A stretch of 64,000 nt of DNA from an uncultured Acidobacteriota bacterium (GTDB taxonomy: Bacteria > Acidobacteriota > Thermoanaerobaculia > UBA5066), in NCBI GenBank assembly GCA_963779415.1, contig CAVZYA010000002.1, positions 1,536,001-1,600,000 on the forward strand, in the 5' to 3' direction. The position numbers and the translations under genes are program-made. The notes under the pieces are model-generated. The model made no database searches and was not told the origin of the DNA. It worked only from the letters and a program-made list of their open reading frames with translations. Shown piece after piece: positions 40,813 to 49,762 of this stretch. Within the stretch, counting starts at the first letter, position 1; each line of letters starts with the position of its first letter.

Positions 40813-41862
40813 TCACCTCAGGCTCGCGATGTCGATGACGAACCGGTAGCGGACGTCGCTCCGGATCATCCGCTCGTACGCCTCGTTGATCTTCCGGATC
40901 GGGATCATCTCGACGTCCGCGACGATCTTCTTCGCGGCGCAGTAGTCGAGCATCTCCTGCGTCTCGGCGATGCCGCCGATCATCGAGCCCGCCAGCTTCT
41001 TGTTCCCGTAGATGAGCGACATGGCCGCGATGGTGGCCGGCGCCGGCGGGACGCCGACGAGGACCATCGCCCCTTCCGTCCGAAGAAGGCCGAGATAGGC
41101 GTTCAGGTCGTGGTCGACGGAGATCGTGTCGATGAGAAGGTCGAAACGCCCCGCCAGCTTCCTGAGAGCCTTCGGCTCGCTCGTCAGCTCGAAGGCATGG
41201 GCGCCGAGCCGCCGCGCATCGGCTTCCTTCGAGCGCGAGGTGGAGAGCATCGTCACCTCCGCCCCCATCGAGGCGGCCAGCTTCACCGCCATGTGCCCGA
41301 GTCCCCCGAGCCCGACAACGCCGACACGGTCGCCGGGCTTGCACTTCCACTGCCGGAGCGGGGAATACGTCGTGATGCCGGCGCAAAGGAGCGGCGCCGC
41401 CCCCGCGAGGTCAAGGCCCGGGGGGACCTTCAGCGTGAACCGTTCGGCGACGACGATCTCCGTGGAGTAGCCGCCGAAAGTCGGCGTCTTGCGGTCCATC
41501 TCGGTCCCGTTGTAGGTGAACGCGGCCCCTTTCAGGCAGAACTGCTCGAGGTTCCGATGGCAGGGATTGCACTCGAGGCACGAGTCGACGAAGCAGCCGA
41601 CGCCGGCGAGGTCGCCGACGGCGAACCTCGTCACGCGGGCACCGACCTTCGTCACGCGGCCCACGATCTCGTGGCCGGGCACCATCGGGAAAATGCCGGG
41701 GCTCCACTCGTCGCGGACCTGGTGGATGTCGGAATGACAGACGCCGCAGTAGAGGATCTCGATCCCCACGTCGTGGGCCCCCGGCTCACGGCGTGTGATC
41801 GGGTGGGGAACGAGCGGCGCCCCGGGGGCGGGAGCGGCATAAGCGGCGATTCGAGCGGTCAT
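40813..41862 (-). CDS. NAD(P)-dependent zinc alcohol dehydrogenase (YahK/CAD-like)
   Basis: CGVCHSD, GHEIVG, structural Zn cysteines, GLGGLG. Confidence 0.93.
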   Translation of the reverse strand: MTARIAAYAAPAPGAPLVPHPITRREPGAHDVGIEILYCGVCHSDIHQVRDEWSPGIFPMVPGHEIVGRVTKVGARVTRFAVGDLAGVGCFVDSCLECNPCHRNLEQFCLKGAAFTYNGTEMDRKTPTFGGYSTEIVVAERFTLKVPPGLDLAGAAPLLCAGITTYSPLRQWKCKPGDRVGVVGLGGLGHMAVKLAASMGAEVTMLSTSRSKEADARRLGAHAFELTSEPKALRKLAGRFDLLIDTISVDHDLNAYLGLLRTEGAMVLVGVPPAPATIAAMSLIYGNKKLAGSMIGGIAETQEMLDYCAAKKIVADVEMIPIRKINEAYERMIRSDVRYRFVIDIASLR

Positions 41863-41899
41863 TACGGGTTTCTCCTCAACGTGACGGGACGCGTCGCCG

Positions 41900-42244
41900 T
41901 CACTTTTCGAGCTGCAGATGGAAGCGGTGGAAGAAGCGGTGGATGATGGGCGCGAAGATCACCCCGGCGATCACGATCAGGACGAGGCCGCTGTAGAGCG
42001 CATAGAAACCGGCGAAGAGCTTGCCGGCCGACGTCCGGGGATTGGCGATGGGGCCCATCCCCGACAGGATCATCGACGCGTTCAGGAAGGAGTCGACCCA
42101 GGGCAGATCGACGAGGACGTGATAGCCGACCATTCCCGCGAAGAGGGAAAAGGCAACGAGCCCCAGCCCGACGGAAACGCTCAGCGCCAGTCGCTTCAGG
42201 AAGACACGGGGATGGGCCAGCGGCTGGGAGCGGCGCTCGTACAC
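41900..42244 (-). CDS. Small membrane protein (ion-channel pore-like)
   Basis: TM - WVDSFLNASMILSGMGP - TM. Confidence 0.65.
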   Translation of the reverse strand: MYERRSQPLAHPRVFLKRLALSVSVGLGLVAFSLFAGMVGYHVLVDLPWVDSFLNASMILSGMGPIANPRTSAGKLFAGFYALYSGLVLIVIAGVIFAPIIHRFFHRFHLQLEK

Positions 42245-42308
42245 GAAAAGATCATGCCAGAAGCGAAGGCGCGCTCGTCCGCAGGGCTATGCGGAAAGCG
42301 CGCGGGCC

Positions 42309-42671
42309 CTATGCGGAGGCCGGGGCGCGGAGGCCCGTCGCGGTCCAGAGAGCGCCGGCGAGGTCGACCGCGCCGAACAGGGCGAGAGACGGAGGCGCGA
42401 AGCCGAAGAGCGCCAGCGCGGCGAACGCGAGGAAGACGAAGATCCTCGCGACCACCGTGGTGCGGTAGAACGGCACCAGTTCGAACCGCGCGGCGACGTA
42501 GTAATAGAGGCCGAGAACGGCGGCGAGAACGCCGACGACCCGTATCCAGCCCTCCGGTGAGTGGGGAATGCCGAACGGCGAAAGGACGACGTCCGGTGCC
42601 GCGATGAGGGTCGCGCCGAGGATCACGAGGTAGATCGAGAAGATACGGATGCTGGTTGTCGCACGGCTCAT
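42309..42671 (-). CDS. Hypothetical 4-TM protein
   Basis: Hydrophobic ORF with GGAGG RBS. Confidence 0.65.
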   Translation of the reverse strand: MSRATTSIRIFSIYLVILGATLIAAPDVVLSPFGIPHSPEGWIRVVGVLAAVLGLYYYVAARFELVPFYRTTVVARIFVFLAFAALALFGFAPPSLALFGAVDLAGALWTATGLRAPASA

Positions 42672-42674
42672 GGC

Positions 42675-43037
42675 TCAACCTCCTTGTGGCGAATCGTCCG
42701 AACGTCGCGGCGCCTCCGGGGGCAGCGGAGTCGAGGCGACCAGAAAGAAGAGCAGGACCAGGAGCGTCAGGAAGACGACGGTCAACGCGAGCCGCTTGCC
42801 GTGGAAGAGGCTCTCGATCCACTTCCGGATCTCGGCCGCGAGGACGTTCGCGGATCCGCCGTAGACCTCCATCTCGCGAAGATACCGCCTGGAATCCTCG
42901 GGTTCGTAACCGAGGGGATTGGCGGGAGCGATCGTCGCGGTGACGTAGATCAGGAGCGCGCTCCCGAAGCCCGCGACGAGAATGGCGGTGGCGATGAGCC
43001 TGCGGCGAGCGTGCAGCCGTACCGAAGTCAGCGTCAT
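42675..43037 (-). CDS. Hypothetical 2-TM protein
   Basis: Two TM helices; tightly packed in the minus-strand run. Confidence 0.6.
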   Translation of the reverse strand: MTLTSVRLHARRRLIATAILVAGFGSALLIYVTATIAPANPLGYEPEDSRRYLREMEVYGGSANVLAAEIRKWIESLFHGKRLALTVVFLTLLVLLFFLVASTPLPPEAPRRSDDSPQGG

Positions 43038-43043
43038 GCGGCA

Positions 43044-43382
43044 TCACGCCATGAGCTGGCGAACGTGCCTGGAGATCAACCTCAGCTGCTTCGCGTCGGC
43101 GCCCCTGAGCACGGTGCCGGCGATGGGCGACAAGATGCGAATGGCTCCGGAAAGGCCGAAGCTGGCCATCTGCAGTGCGACGAAGTTGAATTTCCCGTCC
43201 TTCAGGGGTTTGAGCAGGTAGTAGTCCATTCCGGCTTCCGTGAGAGACAGAACGAGAGCCGTGAGGGCCTCCGCGTGTCGCGTGGGTTCCGGATCGTCGT
43301 CGATTGCCGAGAGCACCTTCAGGGTCTGCGTCCGGAGGGCCGGCGAGTGCGTGAAACGAAGGGACGGTTTCGAGGCAGGCAT
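43044..43382 (-). CDS. Hypothetical protein
   Basis: MPASKPSLRF... helical ORF in the minus-strand run. Confidence 0.55.
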   Translation of the reverse strand: MPASKPSLRFTHSPALRTQTLKVLSAIDDDPEPTRHAEALTALVLSLTEAGMDYYLLKPLKDGKFNFVALQMASFGLSGAIRILSPIAGTVLRGADAKQLRLISRHVRQLMA

Positions 43383-43426
43383 GGGATGAGGCTCCCCGAT
43401 GCGAAGTCTACGCCGCGAAGACGGCC

Positions 43427-44425
43427 TCACGTTTCGCGGCGAAAGACGGGGCTGAAGACGGCGACGAGGAGTGCCGCGACCATGACCACGAAGAAGAAGA
43501 CCGTCCCGGTCGCTTCGTATCCGGAGAGCCCGAGATCGCCCATGAGATTGAGGGACGTATGCAGAAGCAGGGCGACGAGGATGGAACCCTTCGCTCGAAG
43601 ATAGAGCCAGGTGAAAAGAATCGAAACCGGAATGGCGTAGAAAACGCGCATGAGGACCGCGCCGAAACCGGTGAGGCCGAATCCCGCGTAGAGGTCGATC
43701 GGCAGGTGCCACAAGCCCCAGGCGACGCCGAGGAGGATCGAAGCGCCGACGGGAGTCCTCATCTTCAGGAGCTCGGGGAGCAGGAACCCGCGCCACCCGA
43801 TCTCCTCTCCGAGCGAACCTCCCAGAAGGAGGTTATGGGCAAAGCAGACAAGAACGGTCCACGTCGAAGCGAGAATTCCCCCCTGCAGAGCCGAAATCTC
43901 GAGTCCCTTGCTTCGGGCGCTGGCCACTACCCAGGCGACGAGAAAGAGAACCGGCATGAAGGTGACGGAGAGGAAAACCCATCTGGCCTCGGGCTTCGCC
44001 TGTAGGTTGCCGTTCGCCGGACCGAGGACTCGGCGGTTGAGGGGAGAGAAGAAGAGAAGGATCAGCGCTCCCACGGCCACCGCTGCAACCGACGGCATCA
44101 GCGGGAGCGACGTAATCCGGGAGGGAGCGGCCAGGGCGACGAGCACCCCAGGCACGACGAGCGGCATGAGAATGACGGGAATCGTCCACGGGCTGCTTCG
44201 GCGTTGCTCGGGCCCGAAGGTACTGGAGAGAATCAACCCCGAAAGCGACGGGCCGAAGACGCCGATCTGGGCGACGAGCCAGCGGAAGTCGTACGGGCCC
44301 TGGCCGCCGCGGGGAAGAACTCCCGAAAGGAGCCAGATCGGCCACGACAGGAGGCAGGTCAAGCCAAGGAAGATCCAGACGAATCTGCCGGAGGACTTCG
44401 GGTCGTCCACGGCCTCCGCCGACAT
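43427..44425 (-). CDS. CPBP (CAAX/Abi) intramembrane metalloprotease
   Basis: GEEIGWRGF, WGLWHLP, LLHTSLN. Confidence 0.9.
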   Translation of the reverse strand: MSAEAVDDPKSSGRFVWIFLGLTCLLSWPIWLLSGVLPRGGQGPYDFRWLVAQIGVFGPSLSGLILSSTFGPEQRRSSPWTIPVILMPLVVPGVLVALAAPSRITSLPLMPSVAAVAVGALILLFFSPLNRRVLGPANGNLQAKPEARWVFLSVTFMPVLFLVAWVVASARSKGLEISALQGGILASTWTVLVCFAHNLLLGGSLGEEIGWRGFLLPELLKMRTPVGASILLGVAWGLWHLPIDLYAGFGLTGFGAVLMRVFYAIPVSILFTWLYLRAKGSILVALLLHTSLNLMGDLGLSGYEATGTVFFFVVMVAALLVAVFSPVFRRET

Positions 44426-44455
44426 GGAGACCTCCTGACCGGAGGAATCGCGGGC

Positions 44456-44508
44456 TCCTCACCATACCGCGTTCTCGGCGATGGGCGGACGCGTCCGCCG
44501 CCTCAGGC
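44456..44508 (-). other. Heavily eroded attC-like remnant
   Basis: + strand TCCTCAC CATACCGC GTTCTC GGCGA...GTCCGC...CTCAGGC parallels the 47237 remnant; overlaps the stop codon of the upstream gene. Confidence 0.4.
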
Positions 44509-44931
44509 GGTTCGTGCCTGAGCCCTACCCCGATAGATTCGCGAGACGACCGCTCCGTAGAACGTGAACTCGAGGACTCCTCCCGCGAACCACTTCAGGA
44601 CGAGGCTGAAAGGAAGGGGGTAGAGAAGGTACTGGTTCACGTCGACGAGAAGCGCCACGAGCAGGCCGATGAAGAGGCCGTAACCGAGCCCCTCGCGAAG
44701 CGTTCCGGTTCGCGCGGTACGGACGTAGCCCCAGACGAAGAGGACGCAAACCAGTCCTGTCAGAAGAAGCGACCACCCCATGGCGCCGGGGAGGTCCGTG
44801 CGTCGAAGGTGCTGAACGGCCTCGTTGGCCCGCCGCAGGATGACGAGATGAAGAAGGCTGTTCCAGGCCAACGACAGGACGAAGAGGATGCTGACCGCGA
44901 GAGCGAATCGGGCGAGTTTGGGCACACGCAC
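44503..44931 (-). CDS. Hypothetical 4-TM protein
   Basis: Hydrophobic ORF; stop lies in the attC-like remnant. Confidence 0.65.
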   Translation of the reverse strand: MRVPKLARFALAVSILFVLSLAWNSLLHLVILRRANEAVQHLRRTDLPGAMGWSLLLTGLVCVLFVWGYVRTARTGTLREGLGYGLFIGLLVALLVDVNQYLLYPLPFSLVLKWFAGGVLEFTFYGAVVSRIYRGRAQARTA

Positions 44932-44932
44932 C

Positions 44933-45352
44933 TCACTTCTTCGGACAATCCCAGAGATCCAGTGCGATTCGCATCCGGTTCTGCGGGTCGTACTTCACGG
45001 GCACGACGCGTCCGGGTTGAATCGACGGCACGTCGAGGCGGGATACCAGAGCTTTCGTCTTCGCCTCGTACGGTTCGCCGTCGGCCGGGACGACGCGTAC
45101 GACGAACTCGACGACGGGGTCGTCGTTGATCGTCGTTCCCGTGTCGATGAGCCGGACGATCGTCCCGGTGGCAGATATGCCGGTCGCGAGGATCTCGCAG
45201 GACTCCTTCCGTCCGCTGTAGCTGTCGACGATCGATCGGCAGCCGAGAAGCGCCACAGCGAAGGCGGCGAGAACTGGTATCGCCGGCAGGAACGGCGCGA
45301 AGACCCCTTGGACCGTCGTCGTCGCCGGTCCGCGACGGAGCCTACTCGGCAT
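44933..45352 (-). CDS. Putative lipoprotein (DUF3592-like)
   Basis: LLGC lipobox, DTGTTINDDP, VPVKYDP. Confidence 0.65.
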   Translation of the reverse strand: MPSRLRRGPATTTVQGVFAPFLPAIPVLAAFAVALLGCRSIVDSYSGRKESCEILATGISATGTIVRLIDTGTTINDDPVVEFVVRVVPADGEPYEAKTKALVSRLDVPSIQPGRVVPVKYDPQNRMRIALDLWDCPKK

Positions 45353-45842
45353 GACTCCACGGGAGCGTTCGGTTCGCATACCGCGCCTCTCCGGTGAAGA
45401 GGTGGTAGAGGTAGGAGCCGAGACAAAAGCGGCCGAGGATCAGGGCTCCCAGCGCGGCGAGAAGCAGGGCCTCCAGAGCCCACGCGAACGTGTGCCAGCC
45501 GGAGAAGAGAGTCAGCCCGATCGCGAGCATGAAAGTCCCCGCCATGGCCTGCGCGAACCGTCGTGGATTCGGCGCCGGGCCGAGGGGCGGCCGGCCCCGG
45601 GGTGTCGCCACGAGGCGGTTATAGAGGGCGTCGAAGGGATTCAGAGACGGGAACGCCGCGTTCCACCAGAGAAGCGCCCAGAGAGCGAGGAAGTAAGGCC
45701 ACGGCTGGAACAGCAGGCCAATCAGGACCAGACCCCCGATCGCCCGTGGCTGCCACATCAGGGCCGGATACTGGGTGGCACAGGCTTCCGACGAGGCCTC
45801 CCGGAAGCCCTGCTGCCGCACGAAGTTCACTTCTGCCGTCAT
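45342..45842 (-). CDS. DUF4395-like membrane protein
   Basis: PRRFAQ, FCLGSYLY. Confidence 0.7.
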   Translation of the reverse strand: MTAEVNFVRQQGFREASSEACATQYPALMWQPRAIGGLVLIGLLFQPWPYFLALWALLWWNAAFPSLNPFDALYNRLVATPRGRPPLGPAPNPRRFAQAMAGTFMLAIGLTLFSGWHTFAWALEALLLAALGALILGRFCLGSYLYHLFTGEARYANRTLPWSHAE

Positions 45843-45928
45843 CTGATCCCCCCTGTCCGTATTGGATCATGCAGGTCAAAGGCGATGGGTCTGTCCATAA
45901 TGCCCCTCGACTCCGGCCCGCCGTGACG

Positions 45929-46345
45929 TCAAGAGTCTGCTGATTGTCGAAGCACGGGCTTGATGTCGACCACGGGTGTTCCGTCGATTGCCTCGATCGG
46001 TCCGACTCGCAATCGACTCCCGGCGATCTCGCGAACCGTCACGCGATGTAATCCGAGTGGATTGGGTCTGTCGGGAGAGCGTGTCGCAAAGACCCCCTTC
46101 AGGGGCCGGCTCTCATCCCCGCGCGGATGCACCTTCAGGACGTCGCGATGGGCCTCGTGAAACCACGTGATCAGGATGAGTTCGTCGCCGGCCGAAATGC
46201 CCGCAAGCCCTGCTGCCGCCGTCGAGTTCACTTCGAGCCATGCGTCGGGCGCGCCTTCGTGCCCCTGGTGGGGCGCTACCCGGCAGCTGGTCAGCTCCGA
46301 GTGCAGGACTCCGATGGGCTTGATCGAATAGGTCGCTTCCGTCAT
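45929..46345 (-). CDS. tsaA: tRNA m6t6A37 methyltransferase TsaA/TrmO family
   Basis: GVFATRSPDRPNPLGL, IDGTPVVDIKP. Confidence 0.9.
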   Translation of the reverse strand: MTEATYSIKPIGVLHSELTSCRVAPHQGHEGAPDAWLEVNSTAAAGLAGISAGDELILITWFHEAHRDVLKVHPRGDESRPLKGVFATRSPDRPNPLGLHRVTVREIAGSRLRVGPIEAIDGTPVVDIKPVLRQSADS

Positions 46346-46365
46346 CTCTGGTCCCTGTGTGAGAG

Positions 46366-46974
46366 TTATCGGTCTCTCTCCACCTTCGCGGGCTGACTCC
46401 CCGGGGGTACGATCCCGTTCATTCGAAGGTAGACGACGAGCTGGCCGTAATGATCCGACGCGTGCCAGACGGCGAGCGTCGTCAGCCCCAGGCGCGTGGA
46501 CGGGCCGCCGTACGGTCCGCTCACTGGTTCGAGCGCGTTGGCCGGCGTCATCATCCGGAGCACACTCTGGGCATAGTCGAACGACTGACGCAGGTACGTC
46601 ATGAGTTCGGCCTTGGTCGCGGCGGGGCTCGGCCCGCCGGTCGCGCACCCGGACGGGGGCTCCTTCTTTTCGATTTCGTTGAAAAAGGCGAAGTTTCCGC
46701 ACGCGACGTGTTTGACCTGCTCTCCGAAGGTCCGCGCCTCCTTGAACTCGCCGTTCGTCGGCTTGAACCCGTATTTCTCCGCAGGCATGGCGTCGGCCAG
46801 GCTGACGAACGATCGCTCGATCATCGAGAACGATTGCGCGACGGTGGCCGCCATCGAGTCGCCGCGCTCCTGCGAAAACCCGGCGGGAGCAAACAGGAGA
46901 GAAGCGATACTCACGAGCAGGGTAAAGAATCGCTGGCGAGCGTTCATGCCCTGATTGGAATGATTCGCGTTCAT
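46366..46974 (-). CDS. Secreted DinB family protein
   Basis: Signal-like N-terminus, RTFGEQVKH, HASDHYGQLVVYLRMNGIVPP. Confidence 0.85.
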   Translation of the reverse strand: MNANHSNQGMNARQRFFTLLVSIASLLFAPAGFSQERGDSMAATVAQSFSMIERSFVSLADAMPAEKYGFKPTNGEFKEARTFGEQVKHVACGNFAFFNEIEKKEPPSGCATGGPSPAATKAELMTYLRQSFDYAQSVLRMMTPANALEPVSGPYGGPSTRLGLTTLAVWHASDHYGQLVVYLRMNGIVPPGSQPAKVERDR

Positions 46975-47219
46975 TCTCCGGGCCTCCTCCCCGAATATGT
47001 ACACGTCTCTCGCGTGACCCGAGCGCGCCCCATCCAGACGCAGACTGCGCCCAGGAGCAGAAGGAGCAGACCGGCGCCGAGGAAGTAAAGGTGATGAACG
47101 GCGAAGACCTGCCGAGGCGCAAAGAGCCAGACGATGGCGGGGTAGAGCAGCGAGAAGAGCCCCGCGCCGATGAGAGCAGCTGCGGTAGAGTGATACGGGC
47201 CGAGCGTCGTTTCTGTCAT
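46971..47219 (-). CDS. Small 2-TM hypothetical protein
   Basis: GGAGG RBS; ATGA overlap with the DinB gene. Confidence 0.5.
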   Translation of the reverse strand: MTETTLGPYHSTAAALIGAGLFSLLYPAIVWLFAPRQVFAVHHLYFLGAGLLLLLLGAVCVWMGRARVTRETCTYSGRRPGE

Positions 47220-47236
47220 TCTGACCTCCGGGCGCT

Positions 47237-47296
47237 GGATGACGATACCGCGTCCCGCGGCGACCGGCGCGTGTCCGCAGCAGAGCGTGGTCAGAC
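47237..47296 (-). other. Degenerate attC
   Basis: + strand GGATGAC GATACCGC GTCCCGC GGCGA...GTCCGCAGCAGAGCGTG GTCAGAC aligns with intact attC 55258; contains the DHFR stop. Confidence 0.6.
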
Positions 47297-47812
47297 GGCG
47301 ACCTCGTACTCACTCTGGACGAGACCGCTGGCATACTGACGGGTCGCAACGTGCCTCAGGAGGATATCGTGCGGCGTCGCGCCAAAGAGCGGGATGCCGC
47401 TGCCGATCAGCACGGGAACGCGCGTGATGGTGAGGCGCTGGATGAGCCCGGCCCGAAGAAAGCGTTGAATGGTGATCCCGCCATCCACGTAAAGATGCCG
47501 GATTCCCCGAGCGGAAAGCCGGGAAACGACTTCGGCCGGCGCCCCGGCCATCCGCTCCACGACGGCTCCGTCGGGGGCCGGCGGAAGCGTTCGGGTGCTG
47601 AGGACGAAGACGGGCTTTTCTCCATAGGGCCAGGATGGAAACTTCGCGACGACTTCGAATGTGTTCCGCCCGATGACAAGAGCGTCGACCGTGGCGAAGA
47701 ACTCGTCATAGCCATGAGGTTCGCCGCCGTCGGCCGGCAGAAAGTCGAAGCTCCCGTCCGCACGTGCAATGAAGCCGTCAAGACTCGTGCCGACGAAGAC
47801 GGATGCTTTCAT
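47291..47812 (-). CDS. Dihydrofolate reductase/RibD C-terminal family protein
   Basis: SLDGFIA, GRNTFE, YVDGG, PVLIGSGIPLF. Confidence 0.9.
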   Translation of the reverse strand: MKASVFVGTSLDGFIARADGSFDFLPADGGEPHGYDEFFATVDALVIGRNTFEVVAKFPSWPYGEKPVFVLSTRTLPPAPDGAVVERMAGAPAEVVSRLSARGIRHLYVDGGITIQRFLRAGLIQRLTITRVPVLIGSGIPLFGATPHDILLRHVATRQYASGLVQSEYEVAV

Positions 47813-47832
47813 TACTCAGGCCTCCTGTTGCG

Positions 47833-47854
47833 GCCTGACGATATCAAGCTCCGC
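47833..47854 (-). other. Half attC remnant (R'/L' side only)
   Basis: + strand GCCTGAC GATATCAA GCTCCGC; no matching second arm before the next stop codon. Confidence 0.55.
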
Positions 47855-47873
47855 TGCTTGTTCGACGGATGGC

Positions 47874-48392
47874 TCATTCCCGGGCCCGCCGGGTCCAATG
47901 CCAGAGCCCACGGGTGGCCTCCTTGGGCAGAGGTCGTCCGAGCTGACGCGCGATCAGCACCAGTTGGCCACGATGGTGAGCCTCGTGCGCCACGAAGTAG
48001 CCGAGAAAGTGCTCCAGGTCCGTCGGGAAGTTCTGCCAGGTACTTCGAGGAACGCTGCCCCCGCGTGAAGCACCGAGCTCGATGAGACGAACGATCCCTT
48101 CACTGCTGCGCGACAGGGCCCGCAGGAGCGCTGCGGGAGAGACTCGGCGCAGATCGACGAGCGGAGGCGGGATGATGCCGTGGCGTCCTCCCAGGGCCTT
48201 GATCCACCGACATCGACTGTTATGAAGGTGCGCCGCGACCATCCTCACGGTGCGGCGTGGGGCCCCGGGGACCGACATGGACCAGAGATCTGGCGGGAGT
48301 CGCTCGATCAAGTACGTCGTCACCCGATTGCTCGTTCGCCAGGCGCTGACGAGCCTCGACGGGTTCCCGGCTCTCCGTTCCATCCACGTCAC
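47874..48392 (-). CDS. DinB family protein
   Basis: AHLHNSR, HEAHHRGQ. Confidence 0.88.
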   Translation of the reverse strand: MTWMERRAGNPSRLVSAWRTSNRVTTYLIERLPPDLWSMSVPGAPRRTVRMVAAHLHNSRCRWIKALGGRHGIIPPPLVDLRRVSPAALLRALSRSSEGIVRLIELGASRGGSVPRSTWQNFPTDLEHFLGYFVAHEAHHRGQLVLIARQLGRPLPKEATRGLWHWTRRARE

Positions 48393-48413
48393 GGCCTCGA
48401 TGTCTCCCTATCC

Positions 48414-48473
48414 GTCGAACGATATCAAGCTCAGTGGTGACAGCAGCGAGTCCGCCGGAACGCGGGGTCAGAC
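48414..48473 (-). other. Degenerate attC
   Basis: + strand GTCGAAC GATATCAA GCTCAGT...GCGAGTCCGCCGGAAC GCGGG GTCAGAC. Confidence 0.7.
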
Positions 48474-48890
48474 GCCGCGCCGGGACCTGGCCCGTGCGAC
48501 GAGGCCAAGCAGGTGCGCGACGCCAATGCCGAGGGATAGTGCCGAGAAGGCCGCCTGACGAACGGGATACCCGGCGCCGCGCCACAACCGAATGAAGTCC
48601 GGAACGAGCACGAGGCCGCGAAGGATATAGACGCCCGCGATGAAGACCAGCACGGTGCGAACGAGGGGAAGGGGCGCCAGGACGCCGGCGCCAGAGAGGG
48701 CATAGGCGCCCCAGATGAAGAACATGACTGCGATTGCGGCCGTGATGAGGGCCGGAGCGAGGGAACCTTGGCGCGCCTGCAGTGCCAGGGAGGAGGCTCC
48801 GAAATAGAGGTATCCCGGTGCTCCGATGAAGATGATGACGACATGCAGGAGTGCTATGGCGAAGCTCCCGGTGGCGCCGCGGTGAGCCAA
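48468..48890 (-). CDS. Cassette membrane protein
   Basis: LHVVIIFIGAPGYLYFGA, YALSGAG, IAGVYILRG; stop in R'' box; start uncertain. Confidence 0.7.
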   Translation of the reverse strand: MAHRGATGSFAIALLHVVIIFIGAPGYLYFGASSLALQARQGSLAPALITAAIAVMFFIWGAYALSGAGVLAPLPLVRTVLVFIAGVYILRGLVLVPDFIRLWRGAGYPVRQAAFSALSLGIGVAHLLGLVARARSRRGV

Positions 48891-48941
48891 GCGCGTGTCC
48901 GGGTCGGGATGAGAGGCTGTGACTTCAGGTTCCCTCGCGGT

Positions 48942-49011
48942 GTCTAACGCTCAAGCTAAGCCGATGTGACCGCCGGGGGCGGCCACGGTCGGCTTGAGCG
49001 CCTGGTTGGGC
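48942..49011 (-). other. attC site (70 bp)
   Basis: + (bottom) strand GTCTAAC GCTCAA GCTAAGC...GCTT(G)AGC GCCTG GTTGGGC with extrahelical G. Confidence 0.92.
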
Positions 49012-49046
49012 AGTACCTCATGCCTTCTTCCAGAGTGACTCCCGGC

Positions 49047-49607
49047 TCACGTCCGGCCACGGCCCTGTGACTTCGGGGCGCTGGACCGGAGATTCTCCGC
49101 GACCGCGGCCTGGATCAAGGCCTTGAACGCCTCAGCATCGAGCACCTCTCCCTCCCTGATGTCGATGGCGCGACGCGTGTTTCCATCGAGGCTGGAGTTG
49201 AAGAGCCCCCGAGGGTCCTCCAAGGAGGCACCCCGGGCGAAGGTCAGCTTGACCACCTGTTTGTAGGCCTCTCCGGTGCAGACGATCCCAGCGTGGGACC
49301 ATACGGGCACCCCCAATGGGTTGGTGGGCTTGATCCATTTGCACTCCTCCACGATGTCCGGGTCCGCCTCGTGGATAAGGCGGCGAACCTCCGCCAGGGT
49401 CTCGGCGCGCCAGCCACCCAGAGACCGGATCCGCTCGTCGATGAGATGAGAGGCCGCCATCGCGGTCGCGCGCTCCGCTTCCGCACCGGGCTTGGCCTTC
49501 GCGCCTGCCTTCGGCGGAGACTTGGCCCCGGCGGCCGGCTTGCGTGGCTTGCTCGCGCGCGACGTGCCCTTGGCCTTCGGCTCACTTCTCTTTGGTTTTC
49601 GCGCCAC
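49047..49607 (-). CDS. DUF1801 (YdhG-like) cassette protein
   Basis: WRAETLAEVRRLIHEADP, CTGEAYK, FNSSLDGNTRRAIDI. Confidence 0.88.
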   Translation of the reverse strand: MARKPKRSEPKAKGTSRASKPRKPAAGAKSPPKAGAKAKPGAEAERATAMAASHLIDERIRSLGGWRAETLAEVRRLIHEADPDIVEECKWIKPTNPLGVPVWSHAGIVCTGEAYKQVVKLTFARGASLEDPRGLFNSSLDGNTRRAIDIREGEVLDAEAFKALIQAAVAENLRSSAPKSQGRGRT

Positions 49608-49632
49608 GATTCATTCTTCAATTTGTTGTCAT

Positions 49633-49731
49633 GCCCAATGACGACCGGCGTTCAGCCGCTTGCACGAGCCCTTCTGCGCGTGCTCGCACAGAGCGGGGCG
49701 AGTGCCAGTCGGCTGCAACGGCACGTTAGAG
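49633..49731 (-). other. attC site with damaged crossover core
   Basis: GCCCAA(TGA)C GACCGGC GTTCAGC...GCTGCAAC GGCAC GTTAGAG. Confidence 0.8.
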
Positions 49732-49762
49732 GGCCCCGCAGACGGAATGGCGAGAGGTGACC

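Noticed and set aside
43427-44425. Abi phage-defence gene
   Set aside because: The motifs are those of a CPBP membrane protease; the Abi name alone does not support a defence role.
47291-47812. Trimethoprim-resistance dfr cassette
   Set aside because: The sequence fits the broad RibD-C/DHFR-like family and shows nothing specific to DfrA or DfrB.
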